64,000 bases of DNA, taken from Enterobacter phage vB_Ent31. The stretch's first letter is position 1. Each line of letters begins with the position of its first letter. Of this stretch, positions 1 through 9,687 are shown in pieces. The stretch lies in sequence record OR567511.1; one strand, 5' to 3'. Below the pieces are notes generated by a model. That model was not told the DNA's origin and did no database searches. It saw nothing but the letters and a program-made list of their open reading frames with translations. The position numbers were made by a program, and so were the translations under genes.

Positions 1-1323
1 TCACTTTCAAATAAGAATTAATTTGCTTATTGAACAACGGAATGTACTTCTTAATTATTAAGCCTTTAATACCAGAATCCTTGAACATCTCCGTAAGAAT
101 ACCACGAAGATATTTTTCCATGACTGAATTGGATTTGGTATCAACTATTTTATTCAATTCTTCATTAAGCGTTTTGATTTCATCTGAATAATCAATGAAC
201 TCTTCAGCTGCTTTATCAATAGCTGCTTTAATCTTGCGAATACGCTCAACAGCTGCTTTTAACTCTTCAGTTTTGGCTGCTACCTGTCCTCGGATGTCTC
301 TGGCTCGACGTTTAACCGCTTCATATTCCATCTGGGATGCTTGAAGATTCTCTAGATGCGTTTTTAACTCAGCATGTTTGATATTACATTCATCAACTTT
401 CGAGTTAATCTGGCCGATTAGAGTGTCACTGGAGTGCAAATCCTGCAAACATGTTGGACAATGACCACCTTTATCATACAACGACAGAACTTTTGTGTAT
501 GACTCGATGCGGTTCAGGATAGTTATCCCAGCCATTTGAGTCTTCTGAATTCCCTCAGACACATCATCTTCTTCGCCAATTACGATATTAGCCAAGTTCT
601 TGTTCAACTCATCAATAGCAGAACGAATATTACGAGCATCAGCCATAGACTCTTCATACATGCTCTGCCAGCGAGCAACGTTTTCACCAGAAAGTTTCTT
701 TTGCTTCTCTATGTTTTCTTCATAGATTTTGATTTGTTGCTGAATTCCGTCTTTCTTTGCGTCAAGAACTTGAACTTGAGAATTCAACTCTCGAACAAGT
801 GACTTGTTCAGTTTATCCATTTCAGCAATGATTGAAACTTCAAGCAGGTCTTCTACTAACTTTCTCCGAGCGGGTGTACTAAGACCCATAAACGGAGTGT
901 AGCCTGCTGTTCCGAGTACCACGACCTGCTTGAAACTTGTGTATGACATTCCAATGAGTTCTTCGAAATAACTTTGGAAGTCTTTAACTGAAGCTGCTTC
1001 ATCAAGTTTAGCACCGTCGCGTTCAATTTCAAAGACATTTGGTTTCTGTCCACGTTTGATGTAATACGAATGACCATCATATTCCATCCACAATTCGCAG
1101 AGCAATCCTTTCTTATTTGTGGAATTAATTAATTGGCCTTTCTTGAAATCACGGAATGGCTTACCAAACAATGCAAATGTAATTGCTTCAAGCATTGTAC
1201 TTTTACCGGCGCCATTCTTGCCAGTGATTAATGTTTTGTGGACCTTGTCAAGTTGAATATCAATGGGCTGTCCGCCCACTGACATAATATTTTGATATTT
1301 GACTCGGTTCAATTTGAAAATCT
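1..1323 (-). CDS. 46: gp46 recombination endonuclease subunit (Rad50/SbcC-like), N-terminal part; gene continues beyond window start
   Basis: Minus-strand translation from ATG at 1323-1321 gives MKIFKLNRVKYQNIMSVG...LITGKNGAGKSTMLEAITFALFGKPFRD (Walker A), matching the T4 gp46 N-terminus. T4-like position downstream of 47. The ORF track shows no single ORF because the gene runs off the window. Confidence 0.85.
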
Positions 1324-1548
1324 TCATGTATTATTCGCCTTAATGAATCGTTCAACATGCTCTAGCATTTCTTCTGAATCTTCAAAGTATTCATCAAGTT
1401 CAGCATACCATGCTACGCCTTCAGAATATTCTGAAGTTACGTACATAGTGCCCTTGTAATGACAATTCTCTTCTGTCCATTCAACATTTCCAAACCACCC
1501 ATCGCCAATATTAAAATCGTGATGATATGAAAATTTTTGTTCTATCAT
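1324..1548 (-). CDS. hypothetical small acidic protein (74 aa) between 47 and 46
   Basis: ORF track. Packed tightly between gp47 and gp46 with a 4-nt overlap with gp47. Confidence 0.5.
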   Translation of the reverse strand: MIEQKFSYHHDFNIGDGWFGNVEWTEENCHYKGTMYVTSEYSEGVAWYAELDEYFEDSEEMLEHVERFIKANNT

Positions 1549-2567
1549 TGATTCTGAGCCTCAACATAAAGAGCTTGTGCGAATTTTTTCAGAGCTGCAT
1601 TATCGGTTGGAGGTAAGTCTTCCAATGCATCAATATATTCTGACATCAAATCCAATAAGCTTTTAACTTCGATATCTTCTTCATCATCAGATTCAACCGA
1701 GTTGTCAATCTTAGAAACCATGCGCAGTTCATGAACTACTTTTTCTAGTTCAGTTTCAAACTTCGTGATGTCTTTATCAATATCAGTGACAATTACTCGG
1801 ACTGAAAGATTTTTGTAGTCGTTGTAATCAATCTTACCTGTGAATGGATATTGAAGTCTTACATGCCAAGTGGTTTCATTTGGCACAAAATCCATACTTC
1901 CCGTTGCGGTATCGAAAATCCAGAATCCGCGAGGGTCGTTCTCGTCACCTGCTGTAAGGGTCCAGGGAGTGCCGATATACTTAACATTGGCAGCAGAGGA
2001 TATAGTATGGAAATGCCCTGACCACACTTGCTTATATGACTTAAGGAAATCTGGCTCGAGACCATGAGATTTTAAACCTTTGTAGTAATAGAAGCCATTA
2101 AGCTCCCAGTGTCCAATACAATACTCTGCAGATGATTCTTTAACATGCTTCATAATAGAAGCTACGTTTTCATCACAAAGCCATGGAATTAGGTCTATTA
2201 AGCATCCGTCAAAATCAACAGTAGTAGGCACATCATAAATTTTGATGTGGTCATGTTTGCCCAATACTTCTGTGATAGCATTAGGATGAATTTTATTCTT
2301 ATAATGCATGTCGTGGTTTCCGATGATTGTATGCATCGTAATCCCAGCTTCTGCTAGCATATCAACTATTTCACGAGCGAATTCCATCGTCTTGTGAGTA
2401 ATAGCTTTACGCACGTCAAAAATATCTCCATACTGAATCCACACAGTAATTCCGTGCTTCTTCGAATACTCAATTTTTTGACGAATACCATCACGTTGAA
2501 TTTCTTGAAGCCAAGGGTCATCACCCTTTACGCCCAGATGCCAGTCACCTGTGTGAAGAATTTTCAT
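1545..2567 (-). CDS. 47: gp47 recombination endonuclease subunit (Mre11/SbcD-like phosphoesterase)
   Basis: 340 aa. MKILHTGDWHLG...GNHD...GHWHT phosphoesterase motifs. Near-identical length and N-terminus to T4 gp47. Confidence 0.9.
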   Translation of the reverse strand: MKILHTGDWHLGVKGDDPWLQEIQRDGIRQKIEYSKKHGITVWIQYGDIFDVRKAITHKTMEFAREIVDMLAEAGITMHTIIGNHDMHYKNKIHPNAITEVLGKHDHIKIYDVPTTVDFDGCLIDLIPWLCDENVASIMKHVKESSAEYCIGHWELNGFYYYKGLKSHGLEPDFLKSYKQVWSGHFHTISSAANVKYIGTPWTLTAGDENDPRGFWIFDTATGSMDFVPNETTWHVRLQYPFTGKIDYNDYKNLSVRVIVTDIDKDITKFETELEKVVHELRMVSKIDNSVESDDEEDIEVKSLLDLMSEYIDALEDLPPTDNAALKKFAQALYVEAQNQ

Positions 2568-2699
2568 TTCTTTTTCCTCAATTTAAGACGGCGATGTGGA
2601 AGTTTTATTTTAATCGCAGATGTATGTTCTCTTTTACCTGATATTTGAATCCAGTTAATTTTCATATTTCACCTCAAAGAGATTATATTCTATACTCCA

Positions 2700-2733
2700 G
2701 AAAGCAGAAAAGGCCCGAAGGCCCTTTAAATTT
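2700..2733 (-). terminator. putative intrinsic terminator (GC hairpin GGCC-CGAA-GGCC plus T-rich run on the minus strand)
   Basis: aaaaGGCCcgaaGGCCcttt with minus-strand TTTTCTGCTTTCT. Imperfect stem. Confidence 0.4.
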
Positions 2734-2938
2734 TACTGTATGTGATAGTTACTTCGGCTTTTGCTTTATCATAGGACGTCTTGATCTGCCTCATCATTTC
2801 AGTCTTGCCGTTATGAATCTTTGCATAATCAATAGCCTTCTCTAAAGCTTTGGCTGAATAAACGGTTCCATTACGTGATACTACACCAGCCTTGGCTACC
2901 GCTGCCACCAGGGTTTCACCATCAGTGTGTCGACCCAT
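2726..2938 (-). CDS. hypothetical protein (70 aa)
   Basis: ORF track. Followed by a GC hairpin plus T-run. Overlaps a second frame (2896..3246), so the boundaries are uncertain. Confidence 0.4.
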   Translation of the reverse strand: MGRHTDGETLVAAVAKAGVVSRNGTVYSAKALEKAIDYAKIHNGKTEMMRQIKTSYDKAKAEVTITYSKI

Positions 2939-3070
2939 ACAATTTCCTTACGAGTAGCCTGAATTGGACGATCTGTAGTGCCCAGAATCCGGTAGTGAGT
3001 TTCGGAGAGCTTTACCGCCATCACCCCATCGGCAATAGACAGAGTAAAACCTGCATTAACTTTTAAACGC

Positions 3071-3397
3071 TTAAACGGTTTTTGTACCAGCATTGATGAT
3101 TTCCCATACTTGTTGGCGTGTAGTCTGCCAGTTAACACGGATGATTTCGTCATTATAAGGTTGTTTGTAAATGTCACGCAGTTTACAGAGAGCGTACTTA
3201 TATGCTTCGAAATTATTTTCGAGGACTGCGCCAGCTGCATGGTCATTCAGTCGCTTAATTTCACGACGATTCTTTTTGAAGATTTTAGTCGCCATAGCAT
3301 TTGCACGTCTCTGGCTTTCTTCTTCAATCAAACGCTTAATACGTTCTTCTTCGTTATCGTCGATTTGTTCTACGCTGTCAATATTACGTTCGTTCAT
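3071..3397 (-). CDS. hypothetical protein (108 aa), charged/helical
   Basis: ORF track. Coding-like composition in the 47-55 interval. Confidence 0.55.
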   Translation of the reverse strand: MNERNIDSVEQIDDNEEERIKRLIEEESQRRANAMATKIFKKNRREIKRLNDHAAGAVLENNFEAYKYALCKLRDIYKQPYNDEIIRVNWQTTRQQVWEIINAGTKTV

Positions 3398-3402
3398 TTG
3401 AC

Positions 3403-3657
3403 CTACTTACTTTTGTAATCAATTGTTATGCTAAAATCATTTTCTCCTAGATTATAACTGTGAGTTATCTCAGCATTATCAGAAGTGAATTCAGCGTCAT
3501 GTGGGTTCTTGGGGTCGATGTGAATGTCCAAATCTAATACCTCCCTCATATACATTTTAAGCAAATAAGGGATAGCATCGTAATCGGGCACTTCTTCCAG
3601 GAAACCTGCGAGGTTAATCGTCAGCCTCATATAAAAAATCCAAGTTCGGACCTTCAT
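3403..3657 (-). CDS. hypothetical protein (84 aa)
   Basis: ORF track. 5' end overlaps the gp55 stop region, so the start may be internal. Confidence 0.45.
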   Translation of the reverse strand: MKVRTWIFYMRLTINLAGFLEEVPDYDAIPYLLKMYMREVLDLDIHIDPKNPHDAEFTSDNAEITHSYNLGENDFSITIDYKSK

Positions 3658-4147
3658 CTACAACATCGCTCTTTTTGTCAGACCCTGGCTGTTTGTAGGT
3701 GGAGGTTTCGTAATGCGTCATTTTATCGTAGATGTCTTGAATAAAAGTTTCATCTACTAACGCAACCATATCATCGTCACGAGCGTCATAGACGTTGTGA
3801 ACAAAATAGCTATACTTTTTAGCAACTTCCTTACGTTCTTTCTTGATACGTTGGACGAATGCGTTAAAGCAAGCACGGGTTATATACGCATGCGGGTTGT
3901 CGTACTTTGTTTCATCGAAGTTGTGTAGACCTTTGATAGAAGCTTCTACACCGTCTGAAATCATTTCATCTTTCCAAGAGCGGGTGTACCCCGAAAAGTT
4001 AAAACGCTTACTCAGACCCTCAGATATCAACATAATTGCTCTGCCGATAGTATCATTCTGACGAACGGGTTTACCAGCTTCGCGACATTGCTGTTTCCAC
4101 TCAGTGATGGCTTTCAGCAACTCCTTATTATTTACATAGTTAGCCAT
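3614..4147 (-). CDS. 55: gp55 late-transcription sigma factor
   Basis: 177 aa. ...[12 protein letters not shown]....[111 protein letters not shown] is near-identical to T4 gp55. Confidence 0.93.
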   Translation of the reverse strand: MANYVNNKELLKAITEWKQQCREAGKPVRQNDTIGRAIMLISEGLSKRFNFSGYTRSWKDEMISDGVEASIKGLHNFDETKYDNPHAYITRACFNAFVQRIKKERKEVAKKYSYFVHNVYDARDDDMVALVDETFIQDIYDKMTHYETSTYKQPGSDKKSDVVDEGPNLDFLYEADD

Positions 4148-4213
4148 ATTACCTCTTCCGCTTCATTTAATAAGAATATTATAACACGTTTGGAGGAAGG
4201 GTATTTTAAGCAT

Positions 4214-4510
4214 CTATTTAAGGAGTTCGTAAAGCGAAAAGCACTTAATCATAAGTTTGCGGAAAGTAACAAAATCGAGTTCAGGCTCAAAAGCATTTTC
4301 ATTACAGAATCTGAGCCATGATTTCCAAAGTTCGATGTAGCCGTTTTCGTTCAGCTTAGATACATGACCTCGCCAGACGTATTCTAAACTCGGACCAGGT
4401 TCATTTGAATCTGAGAATGTAATTCCCATCCACTTATCTACGAAAAATTCACCTAATCCAGTAACACGGAATGATGCGATTTCAATATTATCTAAAGTAA
4501 TTCTGCTCAT
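4214..4510 (-). CDS. hypothetical protein (98 aa)
   Basis: ORF track. Translationally coupled chain of small early ORFs (55.x-like). Confidence 0.5.
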   Translation of the reverse strand: MSRITLDNIEIASFRVTGLGEFFVDKWMGITFSDSNEPGPSLEYVWRGHVSKLNENGYIELWKSWLRFCNENAFEPELDFVTFRKLMIKCFSLYELLK

Positions 4511-4758
4511 AGGTCAAATATCCTAAAAGTATCTTCGACTAAAGTCTTGAACGTATTGTAGTGCATAGGTTCAAGGTCTTCACAAGTTTCTTCACAGAAT
4601 TCACGATAAAGAATATCTGAAGTGTAATCGCGGAAAATAGCAATATCAGATTCCCAGTAAGCACCAGTTTCTTCATCAGAGAAATAAACAGTACCATCAC
4701 GACGAATAACCCAGTCGCCGTAGTTCAATACTGTGATAGTGAATTGATTATATTTCAT
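4507..4758 (-). CDS. hypothetical protein (83 aa)
   Basis: ORF track. 4-nt overlaps with neighbouring ORFs. Confidence 0.5.
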   Translation of the reverse strand: MKYNQFTITVLNYGDWVIRRDGTVYFSDEETGAYWESDIAIFRDYTSDILYREFCEETCEDLEPMHYNTFKTLVEDTFRIFDL

Positions 4759-4982
4759 AAGACAAGCTCCTTAGCGCATTCAATAGCTTCATCCATACTT
4801 CCGAATGCATCTACTGAGTGATAATCTTTCCCAGTGTATTCATAAACCCACCAGGCGTCAAAATCTTCTTCAATAACGAAATCAACATCGTTCTTTGAAG
4901 TACCTTCAATCATTAGGCGGCCGTCTTCAGTACGCTTTGTTTGAAATCCGGCTAGCTGCAAGTCACTTTCAATTTTATTCAT
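4755..4982 (-). CDS. hypothetical protein (75 aa)
   Basis: ORF track. Coupled to neighbours. Confidence 0.5.
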   Translation of the reverse strand: MNKIESDLQLAGFQTKRTEDGRLMIEGTSKNDVDFVIEEDFDAWWVYEYTGKDYHSVDAFGSMDEAIECAKELVL

Positions 4983-5238
4983 CGAGGTACTCCTTCAGTT
5001 CTTCCTCTGTCATTCCTTCTTCCCACATATGATAAAAAGGACAATCCACACTTCTGTTTTGGACCGGGAAATATCTAACTTGGAAATTTTTGTTTATCAT
5101 TTCGCATGCTTTGAGATAATCAACAGCATTATTGATATCTTCCCAATTGGTTCCAAAGACGAATCGAGCATGCAGCTTAGAATGCCAAACGTCTATTTTA
5201 TGAGATATCAATATGATAACATTTATACCTTCATTCAT
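4975..5238 (-). CDS. hypothetical protein (87 aa)
   Basis: ORF track. Coupled to neighbours. Confidence 0.5.
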   Translation of the reverse strand: MNEGINVIILISHKIDVWHSKLHARFVFGTNWEDINNAVDYLKACEMINKNFQVRYFPVQNRSVDCPFYHMWEEGMTEEELKEYLDE

Positions 5239-5573
5239 TTGGCAGCCTTAACAATTTTGAGGTCGACGAAGCCTTTCTTGCGCTGGTTCTTCATCTTACG
5301 GATAGTGCTGTCAGAGATTTCTTTACGCTTTGTAGTTGGAATACCGAAAGCATCAAGATTAAATTCGGACAGAATGTAAGCAACAACCAGTTCACGGATA
5401 CGAGCTTTACCAATTTTCTGGTCATTTTCTTTCATCGTACCATGCAGTTCAACTTCCCACTTATCCAGCAACTTAGGAGTCACGATAACGTCTTTGAACT
5501 CACCATCAACTTTCATTGCTTCCACCTTCGGGAATACGAAAGCGTTCAGTACGTTTTTGATAGCCTGTGACAT
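5235..5573 (-). CDS. hypothetical basic protein (112 aa)
   Basis: ORF track. Lys/Arg-rich C-terminus. Confidence 0.5.
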   Translation of the reverse strand: MSQAIKNVLNAFVFPKVEAMKVDGEFKDVIVTPKLLDKWEVELHGTMKENDQKIGKARIRELVVAYILSEFNLDAFGIPTTKRKEISDSTIRKMKNQRKKGFVDLKIVKAAK

Positions 5574-5638
5574 ATTGATTTCCTCATTTTAACTAAGTTT
5601 GACATAAGAGATTCTATTCCGAATCCCTTATAGCAAAA

Positions 5639-5904
5639 TTAGCAGTTTTTGACGTATTCGTAGATAGCACGAGTCAGTTCAGCCGCTTCATCTTTTTCAA
5701 TATCTGAAATCAGAGCATAGATAGCATTAGTGATTGAACTTGGGCGATGACGGGCAGCACTAATTGAAACTTCTGTCATACACGAACGACCACGAAGAAC
5801 AACTTCAACGTTGTTGATTTCAATGTTCATACGTTCTTGACCACGGCTTTCAGAACGAATGAAAACTCCTAACTCGACAGTTACTTTCTTTTTCAGTGTA
5901 ATCA
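5639..5904 (-). CDS. hypothetical protein (~88 aa; start moved to MITLKKKV)
   Basis: An early promoter (-35 GTTTACA at 5956-5962) and an AAGGAG RBS precede an ATG near 5904. The longer ORF-track start at 5977 lies upstream of that promoter. Confidence 0.5.
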
Positions 5905-5924
5905 TGTTACTCTCCTTGGTTGGT

Positions 5925-5963
5925 GTAAGAGTATAGTAACACCTTCCGCAACGGATGTAAACG
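5925..5963 (-). promoter_or_regulatory. T4-type early promoter (-35 GTTTACA, -10 TTACTATAC) for gene 5639..5904
   Basis: Minus-strand CCGTTTACA at 5964-5956, a 17-nt spacer, TACTATAC, then AAGGAG and ATG. Confidence 0.6.
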
Positions 5964-5971
5964 GTTGGTAG

Positions 5972-6001
5972 AAACAAAAATGGGGACCGCTAGGGTCCCC
6001 G
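5972..6001 (-). terminator. intrinsic terminator after the glutaredoxin gene
   Basis: Minus strand GGGGACCC-tagc-GGTCCCC followed by ATTTTTGTTT. Confidence 0.7.
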
Positions 6002-6051
6002 AAGATGTGAGCCATATGTTTATATGGACTTCAAAAGAAAGTGTCTTAGAG

Positions 6052-6366
6052 TTAATCCAGCGAATCGAGGTCGTAACCTAGTTCACCGAGTCTTTCTTTT
6101 ATTGTTCTTAGATTTGGGTAATATACACCACCGAGGACAACGACCGGGTAATTGACGCGCTTGCTTGGGAAAACTCCTGAGGCTTTAGCGGCTTCTTCAA
6201 TCGCCTTGTAGTTGTATTGGACGTCACCGGCCATGTAGATAACGTCGATGAACTCATACGGAATTTTGAATTCGTCAAAAATTTCTTTGACTGCTGCGCA
6301 ACCAGCGCAGCGATAGACGTCTTCCGGAATTCCATAAATTTTAGCTCTTAGTTGTGAGTTTTCCAT
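6052..6366 (-). CDS. nrdH: glutaredoxin-like protein (NrdH/Grx family, CxxC)
   Basis: KIYGIPEDVYRCAGCAAVKEIF... has the CxxC active site and a glutaredoxin fold pattern. Sits in the T4 nrdH position next to nrdG/nrdD. Start chosen at MENSQ. Confidence 0.7.
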   Translation of the reverse strand: MENSQLRAKIYGIPEDVYRCAGCAAVKEIFDEFKIPYEFIDVIYMAGDVQYNYKAIEEAAKASGVFPSKRVNYPVVVLGGVYYPNLRTIKERLGELGYDLDSLD

Positions 6367-6616
6367 TGACTGTAACCTCAAGCTTATCATCTAAACCAAT
6401 ATCCTTAAGCGCATCAGTCATTCGACGAATACGAGCAGTAACTTCTTCAGGAGAAAGTTTAGGCTTATCATCAGTCTTCGGAGCGATAATCACTGCCAGT
6501 CCGAATACCAAGAGTGCAGGTACAGCAACAATAATTCCGTAAGCAATAACAATATAAGCCAGAAGCTTAGATAAAGCAGTTCGAGTTCCGTTGAAGAAAG
6601 ATTTTATGTGTTTCAT
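6341..6616 (-). CDS. small membrane protein (91 aa, one TM helix)
   Basis: Hydrophobic stretch IVIAYGIIVAVPALLVFGLAVIIA in the ORF-track ORF. Confidence 0.5.
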   Translation of the reverse strand: MKHIKSFFNGTRTALSKLLAYIVIAYGIIVAVPALLVFGLAVIIAPKTDDKPKLSPEEVTARIRRMTDALKDIGLDDKLEVTVNGKLTTKS

Positions 6617-6715
6617 GTTTTTCCTTAGGAGAAAGTTACGATACCGGCGAAAACATACAGAGCTGGAAATTCTTCACCCCAACTTTGAATGATGAAGTTT
6701 GCGTTTAATGCGAGT

Positions 6716-7201
6716 TTATTCAGGATGTTCATTGTGTTCCTCATTCCAAGTTCCGCTGTTAATCCACAGCCTTTGATTATCACTGCCTCTCCAAAGCTTT
6801 TTAGTTGGTAGAGACTGTTCATATTTACCATCGATAATAACATCAACATAATTTAGCAGTTCCAAGTCCTTGATATCTTCGAACTTGTACCCAGTCCACA
6901 TCCAAACATCTTTGTGAGGGTGACTATTATGTAAGCACTTAAGTAGTGCTTCTATAGTTTCTCTATTGTCTGGATAAAGAGGGTCTCCACCGGTAAGAGT
7001 GATTCCTTGAATGTAATCTTTGCTTAAAAGCTCTCTGATTTCTTCAATGGTTTCACCGGTGAACTCTGTTCCATTACGCGGATTCCATGTAGATTTATTG
7101 TAACATCCTTCGCATTTATGCAAACACCCGGTGACGAAAAGAACGACCCTGCAACCAGGGCCATTCACAAAATCACAAGGATAGATTCTGTCATACTTCA
7201 C
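6716..7201 (-). CDS. nrdG: anaerobic ribonucleotide reductase activating protein (radical SAM)
   Basis: MKYDRIYPCDFVNGPGCRVVLFVTGCLHKCEGCYN... is near-identical to the T4 NrdG N-terminus, with the CxxxCxxC radical SAM motif. Confidence 0.92.
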   Translation of the reverse strand: MKYDRIYPCDFVNGPGCRVVLFVTGCLHKCEGCYNKSTWNPRNGTEFTGETIEEIRELLSKDYIQGITLTGGDPLYPDNRETIEALLKCLHNSHPHKDVWMWTGYKFEDIKDLELLNYVDVIIDGKYEQSLPTKKLWRGSDNQRLWINSGTWNEEHNEHPE

Positions 7202-9020
7202 AGTGTTTCGTCCTGTGCATTATTTCTTTGTTCTTGCCAAGATTAAATCCGCGTTCAGACGGATTACCAAGATATCCACAAGTGCGTCTGATTGTGTTCA
7301 TCTTTTTAGGGTCTGATTCACCGCATTCATGACAGACGAATCCATCTTCAGTTGGAGTCATTTCATGAGTTGAACCGCATGTAAAGCACTTATCAACCGG
7401 CATGTTCACACCGAAGTAATCAAGATGCTCAACAGCATAATCCCATACAGCTTCAAGGCCTTTGAGATTGTTCTTCATATCAGGAAGTTCTACATAACTG
7501 ATATGACCACCTTTGGCAATAAAGTGGAAAATAGATTCACGGTCAATTTTACCGAATGGAGAAATCTTTTCTTCTACTGAAACATGGAAGCTGTTGGTGT
7601 ACCACCCTTTATCGGTGACGCCTTTAATGTCACCATGGACTTCAGCATCAATCTTACAGAAGCGATAACACAAGTTCTCTGCTGGAGTTGAATAAAGGCT
7701 AAAAGCAAATCCAGTTTCTTTAGTCCATTCAGCGAGATAATCATTCAAGCATTTCAGAAGAAGCTTACCGATATCAGCACCAAGAAGAGTTTGAACTTCA
7801 TGGATTCCAATATACCCTAATGAAATTGAAGAACGACCATTTCGGAAGATGTCGAGAATCTCGTCATTTGGCTTAAGACGAACACCAAAAGCGCCTTCTT
7901 GATAAAGAATAGGAGCTACCGAAGCTGTTACACCACGGAGTGATTCAATACGAGCCAAAAGAGCTTCTTTACAAATCTTCAAACGGTCATCAAGAATATG
8001 GAAGAACTTAGTCAAATCTGGACGACCATCAACCATACAATCGAGTGCTACTCGTGGAAGGTTAATTGTCACTACGCCAAGATTATTACGTCCGTCAAGA
8101 ATTTCTTCACCGTCTTTGTTCTTCCATACGCCAAGGAATGAACGACATCCCATTGGAGAAACTGGAACAGAAGAACCAGTGATTAGACGGTTATTCTTTG
8201 AACTAATGATGTCAGGATACATTCGTTTACTTGCACATTCCAATGCAAGTTGTTTGATGTCATAATTCACATCAGTTGGATGAAGGTTAATTCCTTCTTC
8301 AACAAACATAACGAGCTTAGGAAAAATTGGAGTGATTCCGTCTCGTCCAAGGCCTTTGATTCTATTTTTGAGAATAGCTTTTTGAATCATTCGTTCATAA
8401 TCGCTTGTACCAGTACCAAAGGTAATTGTCACGAATGGAGTTTGTCCATTTGAACTGAACAGAGTATTGACTTCATATTCATAAGCCTGGAATGCATCAT
8501 ATACGTCTTTTTCTGTTTTCTCAATCGCGTATACGTAGTCATTGACGTGCTCAATACCGTATCTTTCTGCATCACGTAAATGCTTAAAGAAAGTCTTCTC
8601 TACAAAAGGAGCAAGCACAACATCAACATTAGCAAATGTCGTTCCACCGTATTGATGAGAAGCTACTTGAGCAGTGATTTGAGCCATGATAGCAGTTGCT
8701 ACACCAATTGACTTTGGAGTCTCAATTTGAGCATTACCAAGTTTAAATCCATTGCTGAGCATACCCTTCAAATCGACTAAGCAACAGTTAGTGAATGGAA
8801 GAGCTGGAGAATAGTCTAAGTCATGAAAATGAATAAGACCTTTATCATGAGCATTTAGAACAGTAGGAGAGATAACCTGACGAGCAATGTGTTTTGAAAC
8901 AATTCCTGCCATCAGGTCTCGTTGAGTTGGAAAAACACGAGAATCTTTATTAGCATTCTCATTAAGTAAGTCTTTGTTGGTACGGTTGATTAAACCCTGG
9001 ATTTCTGATTCAATTGTCAT
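7191..9020 (-). CDS. nrdD: anaerobic ribonucleoside-triphosphate reductase
   Basis: 609 aa. C-terminal glycyl-radical region RTCGYLG and a zinc ribbon CxxC...CxxC. T4-like position. The single ORF is uninterrupted, so there is no sunY-type intron. Confidence 0.95.
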   Translation of the reverse strand: MTIESEIQGLINRTNKDLLNENANKDSRVFPTQRDLMAGIVSKHIARQVISPTVLNAHDKGLIHFHDLDYSPALPFTNCCLVDLKGMLSNGFKLGNAQIETPKSIGVATAIMAQITAQVASHQYGGTTFANVDVVLAPFVEKTFFKHLRDAERYGIEHVNDYVYAIEKTEKDVYDAFQAYEYEVNTLFSSNGQTPFVTITFGTGTSDYERMIQKAILKNRIKGLGRDGITPIFPKLVMFVEEGINLHPTDVNYDIKQLALECASKRMYPDIISSKNNRLITGSSVPVSPMGCRSFLGVWKNKDGEEILDGRNNLGVVTINLPRVALDCMVDGRPDLTKFFHILDDRLKICKEALLARIESLRGVTASVAPILYQEGAFGVRLKPNDEILDIFRNGRSSISLGYIGIHEVQTLLGADIGKLLLKCLNDYLAEWTKETGFAFSLYSTPAENLCYRFCKIDAEVHGDIKGVTDKGWYTNSFHVSVEEKISPFGKIDRESIFHFIAKGGHISYVELPDMKNNLKGLEAVWDYAVEHLDYFGVNMPVDKCFTCGSTHEMTPTEDGFVCHECGESDPKKMNTIRRTCGYLGNPSERGFNLGKNKEIMHRTKHCEV

Positions 9021-9490
9021 TTTAAACTCTTACGAAGTTGCTTTTTGAATGAAGCAACAAGCTTTGGTTTGGAATCATCTTCAGAATAGGTAAACCCGTA
9101 AGCATTCATTTCAGCTATCATCTCGGGTTTACCAAGTCGACTGAATTCTTTTGACTTATCGCCAATGAAATTAGGATGAATGTTATTTTTAGTATAGTCA
9201 TTCTTCAGATAGGTCAGCAAACTCTCAAGCCACTCGAGGTAGTCGACTTCACGACCTTTTAAACCAGAGCGGTTGAACTTATGCTTCATTTGACCTTCTG
9301 CTGCGTTACACAGATTACATAGTAAACCACGAACTTTACCGGCTTTTGGTCCGTTCAATTCATGGTCGTGGTCAAGGTGGTTACTTTGAACATCGCTGTC
9401 TAATTCGCGTTTACAAATCGGACAGATACCATGCTGTGCATCAAATAGTCTTTGTTTTTCTTCTTTGTAGAGTTTGCTGGTCAATAACAT
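9017..9490 (-). CDS. 49: gp49 endonuclease VII (Holliday junction resolvase)
   Basis: 157 aa. NHLDHDHELNGPKAGKVRGLLCNLCNAAEGQMKHKFNRSGLKG...YLEWLE.LLTYLK.DYT.NNIHPNF.GDKSKEFSRLGK is near-identical to T4 gp49 and the same length. Confidence 0.93.
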   Translation of the reverse strand: MLLTSKLYKEEKQRLFDAQHGICPICKRELDSDVQSNHLDHDHELNGPKAGKVRGLLCNLCNAAEGQMKHKFNRSGLKGREVDYLEWLESLLTYLKNDYTKNNIHPNFIGDKSKEFSRLGKPEMIAEMNAYGFTYSEDDSKPKLVASFKKQLRKSLK

Positions 9491-9687
9491 AGTTCACCTC
9501 AATATTAGATGAACTATTTATTGTTAATTATGATACCACATCTGACGAGAATATTTTTTGCGACGACGAATCTGAGCTTTTGTTGGTTTAGTAGAGAACC
9601 ACCAACAAACACCATAATCATCATCAAAATCAATGTTCAAATGCCATCCAGACTCTTTACAAGATACATATTTTAATTCAATTTTCA

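Noticed and set aside
536-1080. ORFs 536..802 (+) and 856..1080 (-) near the window start
   Set aside because: Both lie inside the gp46 coding region, which reads continuously on the minus strand from 1323 to the window edge. They are alternative-frame artefacts.
6625-6849. Minus ORF 6625..6849 overlapping the 3' part of nrdG
   Set aside because: Out-of-frame overlap with a well-conserved gene. No independent signals.
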